Assembly (NCBI GenBank): GCA_963764165.1
Contig: CAVXRD010000002.1
Span: forward strand, 672,001 to 736,000
Origin: an uncultured Verrucomicrobiae bacterium
GTDB lineage: Bacteria > Verrucomicrobiota > Verrucomicrobiia > Limisphaerales > Palsa-1400
Direction: 5' to 3'
DNA length: 64,000 bases
Part shown: positions 18,976 through 28,211 of the stretch, piece by piece
How the letters are laid out: each line of letters starts with the position of its first letter
How positions within the stretch are numbered: position 1 is the stretch's first letter
Notes under the pieces: model-generated
The model's input: only the letters and a program-made list of their open reading frames with translations
Database searches by the model: none
Told to the model about the DNA's origin: nothing
Program-made: the position numbers and the translations under genes

Positions 18976-20342
18976 AACCGCCTCTGCACAATTGCGGCTC
19001 GCCCCGCATGGAAAACCTCCTTCGCCGTGTCAAGGAAACGGAGGTGGTGCGCAATCACGGGCGCGTGGTGCAATTGATCGGGCTGGTCATTGAATCCGAA
19101 GGGCCGCTGGCGGCGGTTGGGGAAATTTGCCGCATTGAATCGGCGGGCCACAACACCTCGACCCTGGCGGAAGTCGTCGGCTTCCGCAATCACCACGTTC
19201 TGCTGATGCCGCTGGGAGAGTTGCATGGAATACACCCGGGCAGCGCCGTCATCGCGCTCGGCACCACCCTGCGGGTGCCAGTCGGCAACGCGCTCATGGG
19301 CCGTGTGATTGACTCGCTTGGCGCGCCATTGGATGACCTTGGCCCGATTGAGGCGGCGGATCATGTGACGTTGAATTTGCAGCCGCCCCACCCGCTCAAA
19401 CGCCAGCGGATTTCCCACTGTTTCCGCACCGGCATCAAGGCGATGGACACTTTCACGCCCTGCGGGCGCGGGCAGCGTCTTGGCATTTTCGCGGGCAGCG
19501 GCGTCGGAAAATCAACGCTCCTCGGCATGATCGCCAGCCAGGCGGAAGCGGACGTGAACGTCATCGCCCTGATTGGAGAACGAGGCCGCGAAGTGCGCGA
19601 GTTCCTCGAAAAGGATCTCGACGAAGCCGGGCGCAAAAAATCGATTGTGGTGGTGGCGACTTCCAATCAGCCCGCCATAGCGCGCTTGAAAGGCGCCTTT
19701 GTCGCGATGGCCGTGGCGGAATATTTTCGCGACCAAGGGAAGAACGTTTTGCTGATGATGGATTCCGTCACCCGCTTCGCCATGGCCCAGCGGGAAATCG
19801 GCCTGGCCGTCGGCGAGCCTCCGGCGACGCGGGGCTACACGCCCTCCGTGTTTTCGCTGCTCCCGCAATTGCTTGAACGGGCGGGCGCCGGCGAAAAAGG
19901 CTCGATCACCGGCCTTTTCACCGTGCTGGTGGAAGCGGATGACATGAACGATCCCATCGCGGACGCGGTGCGCTCCATCCTCGACGGGCACGTCGTCCTC
20001 ACTCGCGAATTGGCAACGCAAAATCATTACCCAGCCATTGACGTTCTCGAAAGCGTCAGCCGTTTGACCAGGGATTTGACGAATCCCGACCAGCAAAAGC
20101 TCACGGCCCGCGCGCGCGAGGCATTGGCGACGTATCGGAAGAACCAGGACTTAATCAACATCGGCGCGTATCCAGCGGGAACAAGCGCCGCCATCGACCT
20201 GAGCATTCACCTGCACGAACCGATGAAGGCTTTTTTGTGCCAGCAAATCGACCAAGGATTCAGCGCCGAGCAAAGCTGGCAGGCTCTGGCGCAAACCATG
20301 GCCACACCCATTCCGCAGAAGGCGCCGGCTAAACGCCCATGA
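18972..20342 (+). CDS. fliI: Flagellar export ATPase FliI
   Basis: GIFAGSGVGKST, GERGREV, DSVTR, GEPP, YPAID. Confidence 0.97.
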   Translation: MKPPLHNCGSPRMENLLRRVKETEVVRNHGRVVQLIGLVIESEGPLAAVGEICRIESAGHNTSTLAEVVGFRNHHVLLMPLGELHGIHPGSAVIALGTTLRVPVGNALMGRVIDSLGAPLDDLGPIEAADHVTLNLQPPHPLKRQRISHCFRTGIKAMDTFTPCGRGQRLGIFAGSGVGKSTLLGMIASQAEADVNVIALIGERGREVREFLEKDLDEAGRKKSIVVVATSNQPAIARLKGAFVAMAVAEYFRDQGKNVLLMMDSVTRFAMAQREIGLAVGEPPATRGYTPSVFSLLPQLLERAGAGEKGSITGLFTVLVEADDMNDPIADAVRSILDGHVVLTRELATQNHYPAIDVLESVSRLTRDLTNPDQQKLTARAREALATYRKNQDLINIGAYPAGTSAAIDLSIHLHEPMKAFLCQQIDQGFSAEQSWQALAQTMATPIPQKAPAKRP

Positions 20343-20806
20343 AAGCTTTTCGATTCACCCTTGAAGCCGTCCGCACCGTCCGGCAGCGCCAGGAAAACGA
20401 AGCGCTGGAGGAATACTCCCGCGCCCTCTGCGCCAGGCAGCAAATGCTGGAAATGCTGGCGGGCATCGACCAGCGCATCAGCCGCGATTTTGATTTCATG
20501 CGGAAACTGCTGGCCAACGGCTGCACGGCGGCCGAGGCCGCGCAGGCGCAGAATTTCCAGCGCGCCACGCAGAAAAAACGGGATGAGGCCGCGGCCGCTC
20601 TCAGCCAGGCGGAACGCCGGGTCAACGCCGCCTCCAAAGCCATGCTGGCGGCCCGGCAGCAGCGCGAGATTGTCGATGTGTTCCGCGAGAAGCAGGTCGC
20701 CGCCTATCAAAAACTCGAGTCGCGCGAGGAGCAGAAGGTGCTCGATGAATTCGCCGGGCGCCGCGTGACGGCCCTGATTTCCTCCAAGATCGACCTCCAT
20801 GAATAA
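20339..20806 (+). CDS. fliJ: Flagellar export protein FliJ
   Basis: FRFTLEAV N-terminus, coiled coil, EQKVLDE. Confidence 0.9.
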   Translation: MKAFRFTLEAVRTVRQRQENEALEEYSRALCARQQMLEMLAGIDQRISRDFDFMRKLLANGCTAAEAAQAQNFQRATQKKRDEAAAALSQAERRVNAASKAMLAARQQREIVDVFREKQVAAYQKLESREEQKVLDEFAGRRVTALISSKIDLHE

Positions 20807-21383
20807 GCTGCTTTCCAACACCTGGGTTTCCGCCCTCGCGGGAGCCATTGTTTACCTGGTTTCCACCGTGGTTTTCTGGCAGAAGCCCTCTCTCCCGCCG
20901 CGCCAGCCGTATGTCACGGATATTTTGCCGACAGTGGGCCCTTCGTGGGAATTCAACAACCCGGAAGCCGACCAGCTCATCTCCGAGTTGAAGAACGAGA
21001 GAAAGATCGTCGAAATCCGCTCCCAGCAGCTTGATGACTTGGAAAAGCGCCTCAATACCGAACGCGAGGAGGTCGCCCAAGTCATTCAATCCGTCCGCCA
21101 ATTGCAAACGAATTTCGACAAATCCGTTTTGCACATCAAGGAGGATGAAACAGTGAATCTCAAGAAGCTGGCCAAGGTCTACTCCGCGATGACGCCAGAT
21201 GGCGCCGCCGGTGTCCTGGAACAATTGGACAACGAAGCGATGGTCAAAATTCTGTTGTATCTAAAGGATGACGAAACGGCGGCGATCCTTGAATCGATCT
21301 CCAAAAAGAGCCCGGCCGCCTCGCGGCGCGCCGCGCAGATTTCCGAGCAAATCCGGCTCTCTTCCCACAACACCACCAAATGA
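20799..21383 (+). CDS. YlxF/FlbB/MotE-like flagellar protein (MgtE_N-like)
   Basis: N-terminal TM, coiled coil, KKLAKVYSAMTPDGAAGVL; position between fliJ and fliK. Confidence 0.75.
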   Translation: MNKLLSNTWVSALAGAIVYLVSTVVFWQKPSLPPRQPYVTDILPTVGPSWEFNNPEADQLISELKNERKIVEIRSQQLDDLEKRLNTEREEVAQVIQSVRQLQTNFDKSVLHIKEDETVNLKKLAKVYSAMTPDGAAGVLEQLDNEAMVKILLYLKDDETAAILESISKKSPAASRRAAQISEQIRLSSHNTTK

Positions 21384-22567
21384 CACCCCCAGCGCCTTCC
21401 CTGGCCATCGGCAGCTATTCTCCGCTGGCGCCGCTTCCTCCAACTGACAATTCACTCACCGACGCGCCTTCGAATTCCAACAACGATTTCCTCAACGTCA
21501 TCAACAAGGTGATGAACGGGAATCGGGATTCGAGCGACGATTCGTCGTCCAGGCAAGATGACGAGAAGCCCGCGAAGCCCGACGCGAATGCCAGCCCGGA
21601 TGCGAATACCGCTGGCATGCTGCTGGCCCTGCTGGCGCCGCCTCTTCCAGAGCTGCCAAAGCTGCCCGCGCAGAAAACATCCGCGCACGGCCCGGCGCCG
21701 GTGGAGACAGACGCCAAGGAGGCCACTCAGCCTCCCGCTGGCGGCGCCACGACGGAAACGAAACCGGCTGCGGCGTTGACCGGCGAAAACGCGCTCCTCG
21801 CCGCGGAGGCCGAATCGGCCAAAGACGCCACTGGAAAGCCCGTTCCGCCAAGTGGCACACCCGCTGCTATTACCAGTCAACGGATGAACTTAAGTTCAGA
21901 AAGAAACGAAATTGCCGGGAGCGTGGAGCAAAAATTGCCTCATAAGGCTGTCACGGCCATTTCCAGCACGGATTCGGACGCTTCCTCCGCCGATAGCGGA
22001 ACAAAATTGCCGATGCCCTTCGAATGGCGCGAAGCTTCTTCCGAACCGCTCCCAATCGTTGATGTGACAGCAGCCAGCTTTGCCGCCCCGAGTGTTTCGG
22101 CCTCCGCGCCGGCAGCGGCCGTGGAAGCTGCCGCTCCGGTCTCTTCAGCCGCCACTGTGGAACGGTTAGAGCAGATGATTTCGCGCGAGGCCGTTGCCGT
22201 TCGCCAAAGCGGCGCGCACAACCTCGGCGTCACGCTGAGCCTTGATTCCAACACCCAGCTTTTCTTGCAGTTGACAACGCACAACGGATTGACGCAGGCG
22301 TCGGTCCGCCTCGAGCGCGGCCAGTTTTCGCCGGAAGGCGGGCAATGGGCCCAGTTGCAGCAATCGCTGGCCAGGCAGAACGTCGAGCTGCTCCCGATGT
22401 CCGGCGGATCCAATTTAAGTTTTCAGCAAAACACAGACGGGCGCTCGCGAAATTTCGCGACGCGGCAGGATTCGGAGGCGGAAATGCCCAATGCCGTGGA
22501 GCCCGTCCCTCAGCGTCAGCAAAAACAACAAAACAGCCCTCGCAAAACTTGGGAATTGTGGGCCTAA
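21380..22567 (+). CDS. fliK: Hook-length control protein FliK-like
   Basis: Low-complexity Pro/Ala N-terminus; C-terminal T3S4-like domain (QLQQSLARQNVEL); synteny. Confidence 0.7.
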   Translation: MTPPAPSLAIGSYSPLAPLPPTDNSLTDAPSNSNNDFLNVINKVMNGNRDSSDDSSSRQDDEKPAKPDANASPDANTAGMLLALLAPPLPELPKLPAQKTSAHGPAPVETDAKEATQPPAGGATTETKPAAALTGENALLAAEAESAKDATGKPVPPSGTPAAITSQRMNLSSERNEIAGSVEQKLPHKAVTAISSTDSDASSADSGTKLPMPFEWREASSEPLPIVDVTAASFAAPSVSASAPAAAVEAAAPVSSAATVERLEQMISREAVAVRQSGAHNLGVTLSLDSNTQLFLQLTTHNGLTQASVRLERGQFSPEGGQWAQLQQSLARQNVELLPMSGGSNLSFQQNTDGRSRNFATRQDSEAEMPNAVEPVPQRQQKQQNSPRKTWELWA

Positions 22568-22582
22568 ACCAAGCATAACTGC

Positions 22583-23044
22583 ATGTCAGCATCTATATCT
22601 TCCTCGAACCCGAATCAATCGCTGAACCAGGCCGACTTTCTCAATCTGCTTGTCACGCAAATGACGTCGCAGGATCCGCTCAATCCGCAAAGCGACACTC
22701 AGTTTGCCGCGCAATTGGCGCAATTCAGCTCGCTGCAGGAATCGCAGCAGACCGAATCGGACTTGCAGAGCATCCAGGCGACCGGATTGATTGGCGAGAC
22801 CGTGACTCTTGCACCTGCAGCCGGCCAGGCTGCGACCTCTGGAGTCGTCAGCGGCATCCAGATTTCAGCCGGCACGCCGCAGATTGCGGTCAACGGCAAC
22901 CTCTACAATCTCAGCCAGATCGCGGCGATCACCCCAACCTTCACGGCCTCCGCCACGGGTTCGTCATCGTCTTCCTCCTCCGCAAGCTCCGGTACCGGCA
23001 CGCAGACAGCCGGCAGCACGTCCCGCACCACCGACTCTCCGTAA
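22583..23044 (+). CDS. flgD: Hook capping protein FlgD (short form)
   Basis: DFLNLLVTQMTSQDPLNP...AQLAQFSSL. Confidence 0.95.
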   Translation: MSASISSSNPNQSLNQADFLNLLVTQMTSQDPLNPQSDTQFAAQLAQFSSLQESQQTESDLQSIQATGLIGETVTLAPAAGQAATSGVVSGIQISAGTPQIAVNGNLYNLSQIAAITPTFTASATGSSSSSSSASSGTGTQTAGSTSRTTDSP

Positions 23045-23069
23045 CTAAAACCCTGAATTATCCAACTCT

Positions 23070-23927
23070 ATGCTCAACGCACTCAGCTCAGCAGTCAGCG
23101 GCCTGGACGCCTACCAGGAACAAATGGACATCATCGGCAACAACATTGCCAACCTCAACACCACTGGATTCAAGTCCGCGACGGGAAATCTTGTTGACGC
23201 ATTCAGCAACACGCTTCAATCCGCCACCGCCGCGATTGGCAACAACAATGCCACCGACGGCATCCAGGTCGGCACTGGCGTCATGACGGCCTCCGTCACC
23301 AACGATTGGTCCGGCGGCGCGATCAATGCCACGGGCGTCGCCAGCAATCTCGCCATTAACGGGAACGGCTTCTTCATGGTGCAGGATCCCAACACGGGCG
23401 CCCAATACGTAACGCAGGACGGAACGTTTTCCTTGAATGCGAGCGGATACCTTGTAACCCAGACGGGGATGGAAGTCCTCGGCGCCAATACCGCCGGCAC
23501 GCCGCCTTCCGGCCTGGGCCCCATCAAAATTGACACGACCGGAATGCCAGCCACCTCCAGCGCGACGGCCACCATGACCTCCTACACCATCAGCGGCCAG
23601 GGCGTTATCACGGTTAATCTTTCCGACGGCACATCGTTCTCACGCGGCCAGTTGATGCTGCAAAACTACACCGATCCGCAGGCGCTGACCAACGTCGGCA
23701 ACAATCTTTATTCCAACATGGCAAACGCGGGCGGGCTCTCCGCTCCGACCACTCCGGGATCGGGCCCGCTGGGCACGATACAATCCGGCGCGGTTGAACT
23801 TTCCAACGTCGATCTCTCCGCGCAGATGGCGGATTTGATCACGGCGCAGCGCGCGTTCGAGGCGAACTCGAAAATGATCACGACCAGCGATGAATTGCTG
23901 CAAACCGTGGTCAACATGAAACGTTAA
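23070..23927 (+). CDS. flgE: Flagellar hook / distal rod protein (short FlgE/FlgG family)
   Basis: GNNIANLNTTGFK, LAINGNGFF, ELSNVDL, AQRAFEANSK; follows flgD; only 285 aa. Confidence 0.85.
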   Translation: MLNALSSAVSGLDAYQEQMDIIGNNIANLNTTGFKSATGNLVDAFSNTLQSATAAIGNNNATDGIQVGTGVMTASVTNDWSGGAINATGVASNLAINGNGFFMVQDPNTGAQYVTQDGTFSLNASGYLVTQTGMEVLGANTAGTPPSGLGPIKIDTTGMPATSSATATMTSYTISGQGVITVNLSDGTSFSRGQLMLQNYTDPQALTNVGNNLYSNMANAGGLSAPTTPGSGPLGTIQSGAVELSNVDLSAQMADLITAQRAFEANSKMITTSDELLQTVVNMKR

Positions 23928-23939
23928 CCATTCCCCACC

Positions 23940-24521
23940 ATGGCCGACAGAACCACAGAAACACGAAACGGGCGCGAAGAAGGCGCGGCGGAGGCAGGCG
24001 GCGCGGCGGCGCCCGCGGCGAAGAGCGGCGGCGCAAGCGCATGGATGCCGCTGGTGGTCACGGTGGCTGTCATGCCCGTGCTTGCGTTCGTGATGACGCG
24101 GTTCGTGCTCGTGCCGCAAATGACAAAGGCCATTGCCACGCAAGGCGGCTCCGCTCCCGTCGAGCAGGCCGGCACCAACTCGGAGTCCGGCAGCTCCGGC
24201 GCTTCGTCCGAAGGCCACAGCAAGGTAACGGTTCCGCTGAACAAAATCCTCGTCAACGTGGCGGGCACAATGGGCACGCGCTATCTGATGACCAGCCTCA
24301 CGCTCGTTGGCTCGGATGAGAACATGAAGGACAAAGTCGACCGCAACAACGCCCAACTCCTCGACCTGGCAACCGGCACGCTGTCAACCAAAACCATTTC
24401 CGACCTCGAAAAGCCCGGCGCCCGCAATGTGATTCGCGCCGAATTGATGACGGTGTTCAACAATGCCCTGGGCGGCCCGGTCATCAAGGAGATTTACATC
24501 ACCGAATTGGCTATCCAATGA
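23940..24521 (+). CDS. fliL: Basal body-associated protein FliL
   Basis: Single TM; ILVNV...RYL; IYITE..IQ C-terminus. Confidence 0.9.
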   Translation: MADRTTETRNGREEGAAEAGGAAAPAAKSGGASAWMPLVVTVAVMPVLAFVMTRFVLVPQMTKAIATQGGSAPVEQAGTNSESGSSGASSEGHSKVTVPLNKILVNVAGTMGTRYLMTSLTLVGSDENMKDKVDRNNAQLLDLATGTLSTKTISDLEKPGARNVIRAELMTVFNNALGGPVIKEIYITELAIQ

Positions 24522-25438
24522 GCGACGCTCCCGCAACGAACGCGCCACCGAAGGAAGAGCCAATCGTGGAAGCCCACGATTTTCGCAATTCCTCGCTGCT
24601 TTCTCAACGCCAGCTCCGGAAACTCCGCACTCACGAAACGCAATTTCTCGGCGCGACAGCGGCGCGCATCGGTCTCTTTCTCCGCTCGGAATTTCCGGCA
24701 AAAATTGCATCCATCCAAATTTGCACCTTGCAAAAGGTCACCTCCGAATGGCCCGGCCCAACGCATCTGGTTCTTTTCAAAACCGAACCGCTCCGCGGCG
24801 TTTCGGTTTTGGAAATTCCGCAAATAATGGCTTTGACGATCGTCGATCGTTTGATGGGCGGCCCCGGGCGGGTGGATAATGCCAACCGCGAAATCAGCGA
24901 AATCGAACGGGCTTTGCTCGATCAAGTGGTCCAAATCATCCTCGAGGAATGGTGCAATAATTGGTCCGTCATCAAGCCGTTGAAGGCATCCGGCCTTGGG
25001 TGCGAAACCACCGGCCGATTTGTGCAAATCGCGCCCCCTCAAACAACGATGCTGGTTCTCAACATTGATGCGCGGCTGGGGGATTGCGCTGGGCAGATCA
25101 AAATGGCTTTTCCCTACAGCACGCTTGAGCCGCTCTTGCGCCAGCTTTGCGGCGGCGCTGATCCTGTTTTCGAAGCTCCCACCTCCGCGCCAGCCGGCCC
25201 GGTCAAATGGAATCGGGGGCTCGACGATGTCACGCTGCCGGTCGTCGCCGAATGGCAGGGGCTGGAGTTGTCCGCCCGCGACGTGCTGCATTTGAAAGTG
25301 GGCGACGTTCTGCAAATCACGCCGCAATTGGCGCAGCAGGTTTCCCTTCGGATGGGAGAACTTTCCAAATTCAGCGGGCGCCTCGGGACGATTGCAGGCC
25401 AGTGGGCCGTTGAGTTGACACAGGCGGCGAAGGCTTGA
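24518..25438 (+). CDS. fliM: Motor switch protein FliM (N-terminally reduced)
   Basis: HDFR, VDRLMGGPG, REISEIE, C-terminal SpoA domain LKVGDV. Confidence 0.9.
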   Translation: MSDAPATNAPPKEEPIVEAHDFRNSSLLSQRQLRKLRTHETQFLGATAARIGLFLRSEFPAKIASIQICTLQKVTSEWPGPTHLVLFKTEPLRGVSVLEIPQIMALTIVDRLMGGPGRVDNANREISEIERALLDQVVQIILEEWCNNWSVIKPLKASGLGCETTGRFVQIAPPQTTMLVLNIDARLGDCAGQIKMAFPYSTLEPLLRQLCGGADPVFEAPTSAPAGPVKWNRGLDDVTLPVVAEWQGLELSARDVLHLKVGDVLQITPQLAQQVSLRMGELSKFSGRLGTIAGQWAVELTQAAKA

Positions 25439-25444
25439 TTTTTT

Positions 25445-25708
25445 ATGGAAGCAAAACCGACCTCACCCCTGAATCTTGAATTGCTGCTGGATGTGAAAGT
25501 CAAGTTGACGATTGAGCTTGGCTCCTGCCAGATGCCGCTGCGCGATGTGCTGCAGCTGACTCCCGGTTCCGTCGTAAAACTCGATCAGGCCGCGCAGCAT
25601 CCCGTTACGCTTTACGCCAATCAAAAGCCGATCGCCCGAGGCGAAGTCGTCATCGTCAACGATTGTTACGGTGTCAAAATTACTGAGCTTTTTGGATCCC
25701 CGACGTGA
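25445..25708 (+). CDS. fliN: Motor switch protein FliN
   Basis: LLLDV...ELG...LTPGSVVKLD...IARGEVV...YGVKITE. Confidence 0.93.
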   Translation: MEAKPTSPLNLELLLDVKVKLTIELGSCQMPLRDVLQLTPGSVVKLDQAAQHPVTLYANQKPIARGEVVIVNDCYGVKITELFGSPT

Positions 25709-26079
25709 ACAACACTCCCGCCATTGCAAACACTTTGCCGGACATGGGCGCTTCGCTCGTTCGAGTGATGGGCGCCTTTGCCGTTGTCATCGCCATTTTC
25801 CTGGCGGGTGTGTGGCTGTTCAAAAATTGGCAGCGAGTTGGCATGCGCCGCGGGACTGCCCCCAAGCTAAACATTCTCGAAGTTCGCTCGCTCGGGCAGC
25901 GGCAGGCCATTTACGTCGTCGCCTACGAGCAGCAAAGGATGCTGCTGGCTTCATCGAGCGCAGGCGTCACTTTGGTGAGCCATCTTCCCTCCGCGGAGGC
26001 GGATGGCCCGCAAGCGGAGTCATCTCCAAAAATCAGTTTTGCCGAAGCCTTTCAGCAGGTGCTCGCGAGGAAATCATGA
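25705..26079 (+). CDS. fliO: Flagellar biosynthesis protein FliO
   Basis: N-terminal TM; ILEVRSLGQRQAIYVV; synteny. Confidence 0.88.
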   Translation: MNNTPAIANTLPDMGASLVRVMGAFAVVIAIFLAGVWLFKNWQRVGMRRGTAPKLNILEVRSLGQRQAIYVVAYEQQRMLLASSSAGVTLVSHLPSAEADGPQAESSPKISFAEAFQQVLARKS

Positions 26080-27152
26080 ACTTCCTCCGCTGCAGCCATG
26101 ACCCGATTCTCAAAAACCCGCTCCGCAAATCTGATCGCGCGGTAGGGCGAGGCTCCCGCCGAGCCATTCCCCGCGAAGATGGTTCGGCGGGAGGCCCCAA
26201 CCAACGAATTGGTGAGAAGTTCCGACGAACAAATTTCGCCCTTGGTGGCAGGGACGCCTCGCCGAGGCGTCCGGTTGCGCGGGAAAGTTTTTGTGGGCCG
26301 CACCGTTCAACAACGCCTCACCCCGGACGCCTCGGCGAGGCGTCCCTACCTTTACAAGACAGTTCGTTGGCAGCCTCGCCCTGCCGTGCGCCCGGTTGGA
26401 TAACGGTTCTGAAGGCAGTCGTTGTTTTATTTCTGATCTTCGCCAGCGCGCCAGCCGTCCACGCGCAAACGAACAATGCCGGATTGAATCTTAACATCGG
26501 TGTCGGCGGGTTGAATCAACCTGTCGACGTTGACAGCGCGGTCAAGGTCCTGGTCGTCATGACGCTCCTGACGCTGGCGCCGTCCATCATTCTGTTGATG
26601 ACGTGCTTTACGCGAATCGTCATTGTGCTGTCGTTCGTCCGCTCCGCGCTTTCGCTGCAAGGCTCGCCTTCCAACCAGATTCTCGTCGGCCTTTCCTTGT
26701 TCTTGACGTTCTTCATCATGGCCCCCGTCTGGGAGCGAATCGACCGCGAGGCGCTTGAGCCTTATCGCGCCCACGAAATTTCCAGCGAAGTGGCGATGGA
26801 TCGCGCCGCTGTTCCCATTCGCACCTTCATGCTGAAGCAGGCCCGTCCGAAGGATGTGGAATTGTTCGCCGTGCTGGCTCGCATCGGACCCACTGCGCCC
26901 GACAAATTGCCGCTGAAGGTGGTGATTCCGGGATTTATCATCAGCGAATTGCGGACGGCTTTCCAGATGGGATTTCTTTTGTTCCTGCCTTTCATGCTGA
27001 TCGACATCATCGTCGCCACCGTGTTGATGAGCATGGGCATGATGATGATGCCGCCCATGACCATTTCACTGCCCTTGAAGATCCTGCTTTTTGTGCTGGT
27101 GGACGGCTGGCACCTCGTCGTCAGTTCGATCATCCAAAGTTTTGCCACTTGA
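26076..27152 (+). CDS. fliP: Export gate protein FliP, N-terminus extended by repeats
   Basis: ATGA overlap with the fliO stop; MTCFTRIVIVL, PSNQ, SELRTAF, MGMMMMPP, LFVLVDGW. Confidence 0.93.
   Translation: MNFLRCSHDPILKNPLRKSDRAVGRGSRRAIPREDGSAGGPNQRIGEKFRRTNFALGGRDASPRRPVARESFCGPHRSTTPHPGRLGEASLPLQDSSLAASPCRAPGWITVLKAVVVLFLIFASAPAVHAQTNNAGLNLNIGVGGLNQPVDVDSAVKVLVVMTLLTLAPSIILLMTCFTRIVIVLSFVRSALSLQGSPSNQILVGLSLFLTFFIMAPVWERIDREALEPYRAHEISSEVAMDRAAVPIRTFMLKQARPKDVELFAVLARIGPTAPDKLPLKVVIPGFIISELRTAFQMGFLLFLPFMLIDIIVATVLMSMGMMMMPPMTISLPLKILLFVLVDGWHLVVSSIIQSFAT
26141..26385. repeat. REP-like arms of two families inside the fliP 5' region
   Basis: Family B ggtagggcgaggctcccgccgagcc (26141) with partners at 26181 and 26361; family A doublet 26247-26350. 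Confidence 0.85.
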
Positions 27153-27163
27153 TTTAATCCATT

Positions 27164-27433
27164 ATGAACGCCGCCCAAGCCGCTGATCTCTTGAAAATGC
27201 TCATCACCACCGCCGTGACACTGGCGGCGCCTGTGCTCTTGACAGCGATGATCATCGGGCTGGCGGTCAGCCTTTTTCAATCCGTCACCTCGATTCAGGA
27301 GCAAACGCTGACCTTCGTGCCCAAGGCGCTGGCCATCGTCGCCCTGCTGGTGCTTTTGCTGCCCTGGATTCTGCGGACGCTGGTGGAATTCACATCCGCG
27401 ATGATTCAGAAGATGCCGCAAATGGTGCAATGA
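27164..27433 (+). CDS. fliQ: Export gate protein FliQ
   Basis: GLAVSLFQSVTSIQEQTLTFVPK. Confidence 0.96.
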   Translation: MNAAQAADLLKMLITTAVTLAAPVLLTAMIIGLAVSLFQSVTSIQEQTLTFVPKALAIVALLVLLLPWILRTLVEFTSAMIQKMPQMVQ

Positions 27434-27442
27434 CGGCTGCCC

Positions 27443-28201
27443 ATGAACGATTTCACCACCTGGCTGATGGTATTCCTGCGGGCCAGTTCAATGCTGGCGG
27501 TTTTCCCTGTTTTTTCGGCCCGTAATTTTCCCGTCCAATTGCGGCTCGCTCTGGGCGCCCTGCTGTCGTGGATGGTGGCCGCAACGCTGCCGGCGAATTC
27601 GGCTCACATCACTGATTTTCTGGGATTGACCGGACAGATGGCGGTCGAAATCGGAGCGGGGCTGATGATTGGCTTCACATGCCAGTTCGTTTTTTTCATG
27701 CTGGAAATTGCGGGCAGCATCATCAGCACGGAGATCGGCCTTTCCATGCCGCCCGGAATGAATCCGATGGCCGATACCGCCATGCCCACCACCTCCACCA
27801 TTCTCTACTATCTGGCCATCATCCTATGGTTGACAATGGACATGCATCATTGGATGCTGATGGGCTTCAGCAAGACGTATGCGTACCTTCCCATTGGCAT
27901 GGCGCATATCACGCCTGCGCTCGCCAGCGACATTATTGCGCGAACGAGTGGGATGTTTTCCGTTGCGTTGCAAATGGCCGCGCCGATGCTGGCGGTTTCA
28001 TTTATAATTTCGCTGGTTTTCTCAGTGCTTGGCCGGGCGGTTCCGCAGATGAACGTTTTCTCCGAAAGTTTCGCGGTGCGTCCGCTGGCGGGTTTGACGG
28101 TGTTTGGTTTGACGCTCGAATTGATGGCGCAGCACATCATGAATTATCTGCATCGGCTGCCGGAGGACATGCTGCGCGTCGCGCAGTTGCTGCACGGCTA
28201 G
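27443..28201 (+). CDS. fliR: Export gate protein FliR
   Basis: PVFS, EIGAGL, MDMHH, RAVPQMNVF. Confidence 0.95.
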   Translation: MNDFTTWLMVFLRASSMLAVFPVFSARNFPVQLRLALGALLSWMVAATLPANSAHITDFLGLTGQMAVEIGAGLMIGFTCQFVFFMLEIAGSIISTEIGLSMPPGMNPMADTAMPTTSTILYYLAIILWLTMDMHHWMLMGFSKTYAYLPIGMAHITPALASDIIARTSGMFSVALQMAAPMLAVSFIISLVFSVLGRAVPQMNVFSESFAVRPLAGLTVFGLTLELMAQHIMNYLHRLPEDMLRVAQLLHG

Positions 28202-28211
28202 CCCGCCCGCC

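Noticed and set aside
25671..26075. 493-aa FliP starting at 25671
   Set aside because: Would overlap all of fliO; the ATG at 26076 is coupled to the fliO stop
5152..26350. Recurring 28-bp palindromes as a CRISPR array
   Set aside because: Copies are inverted pairs dispersed over kilobases, with no tandem repeat-spacer array and no cas genes
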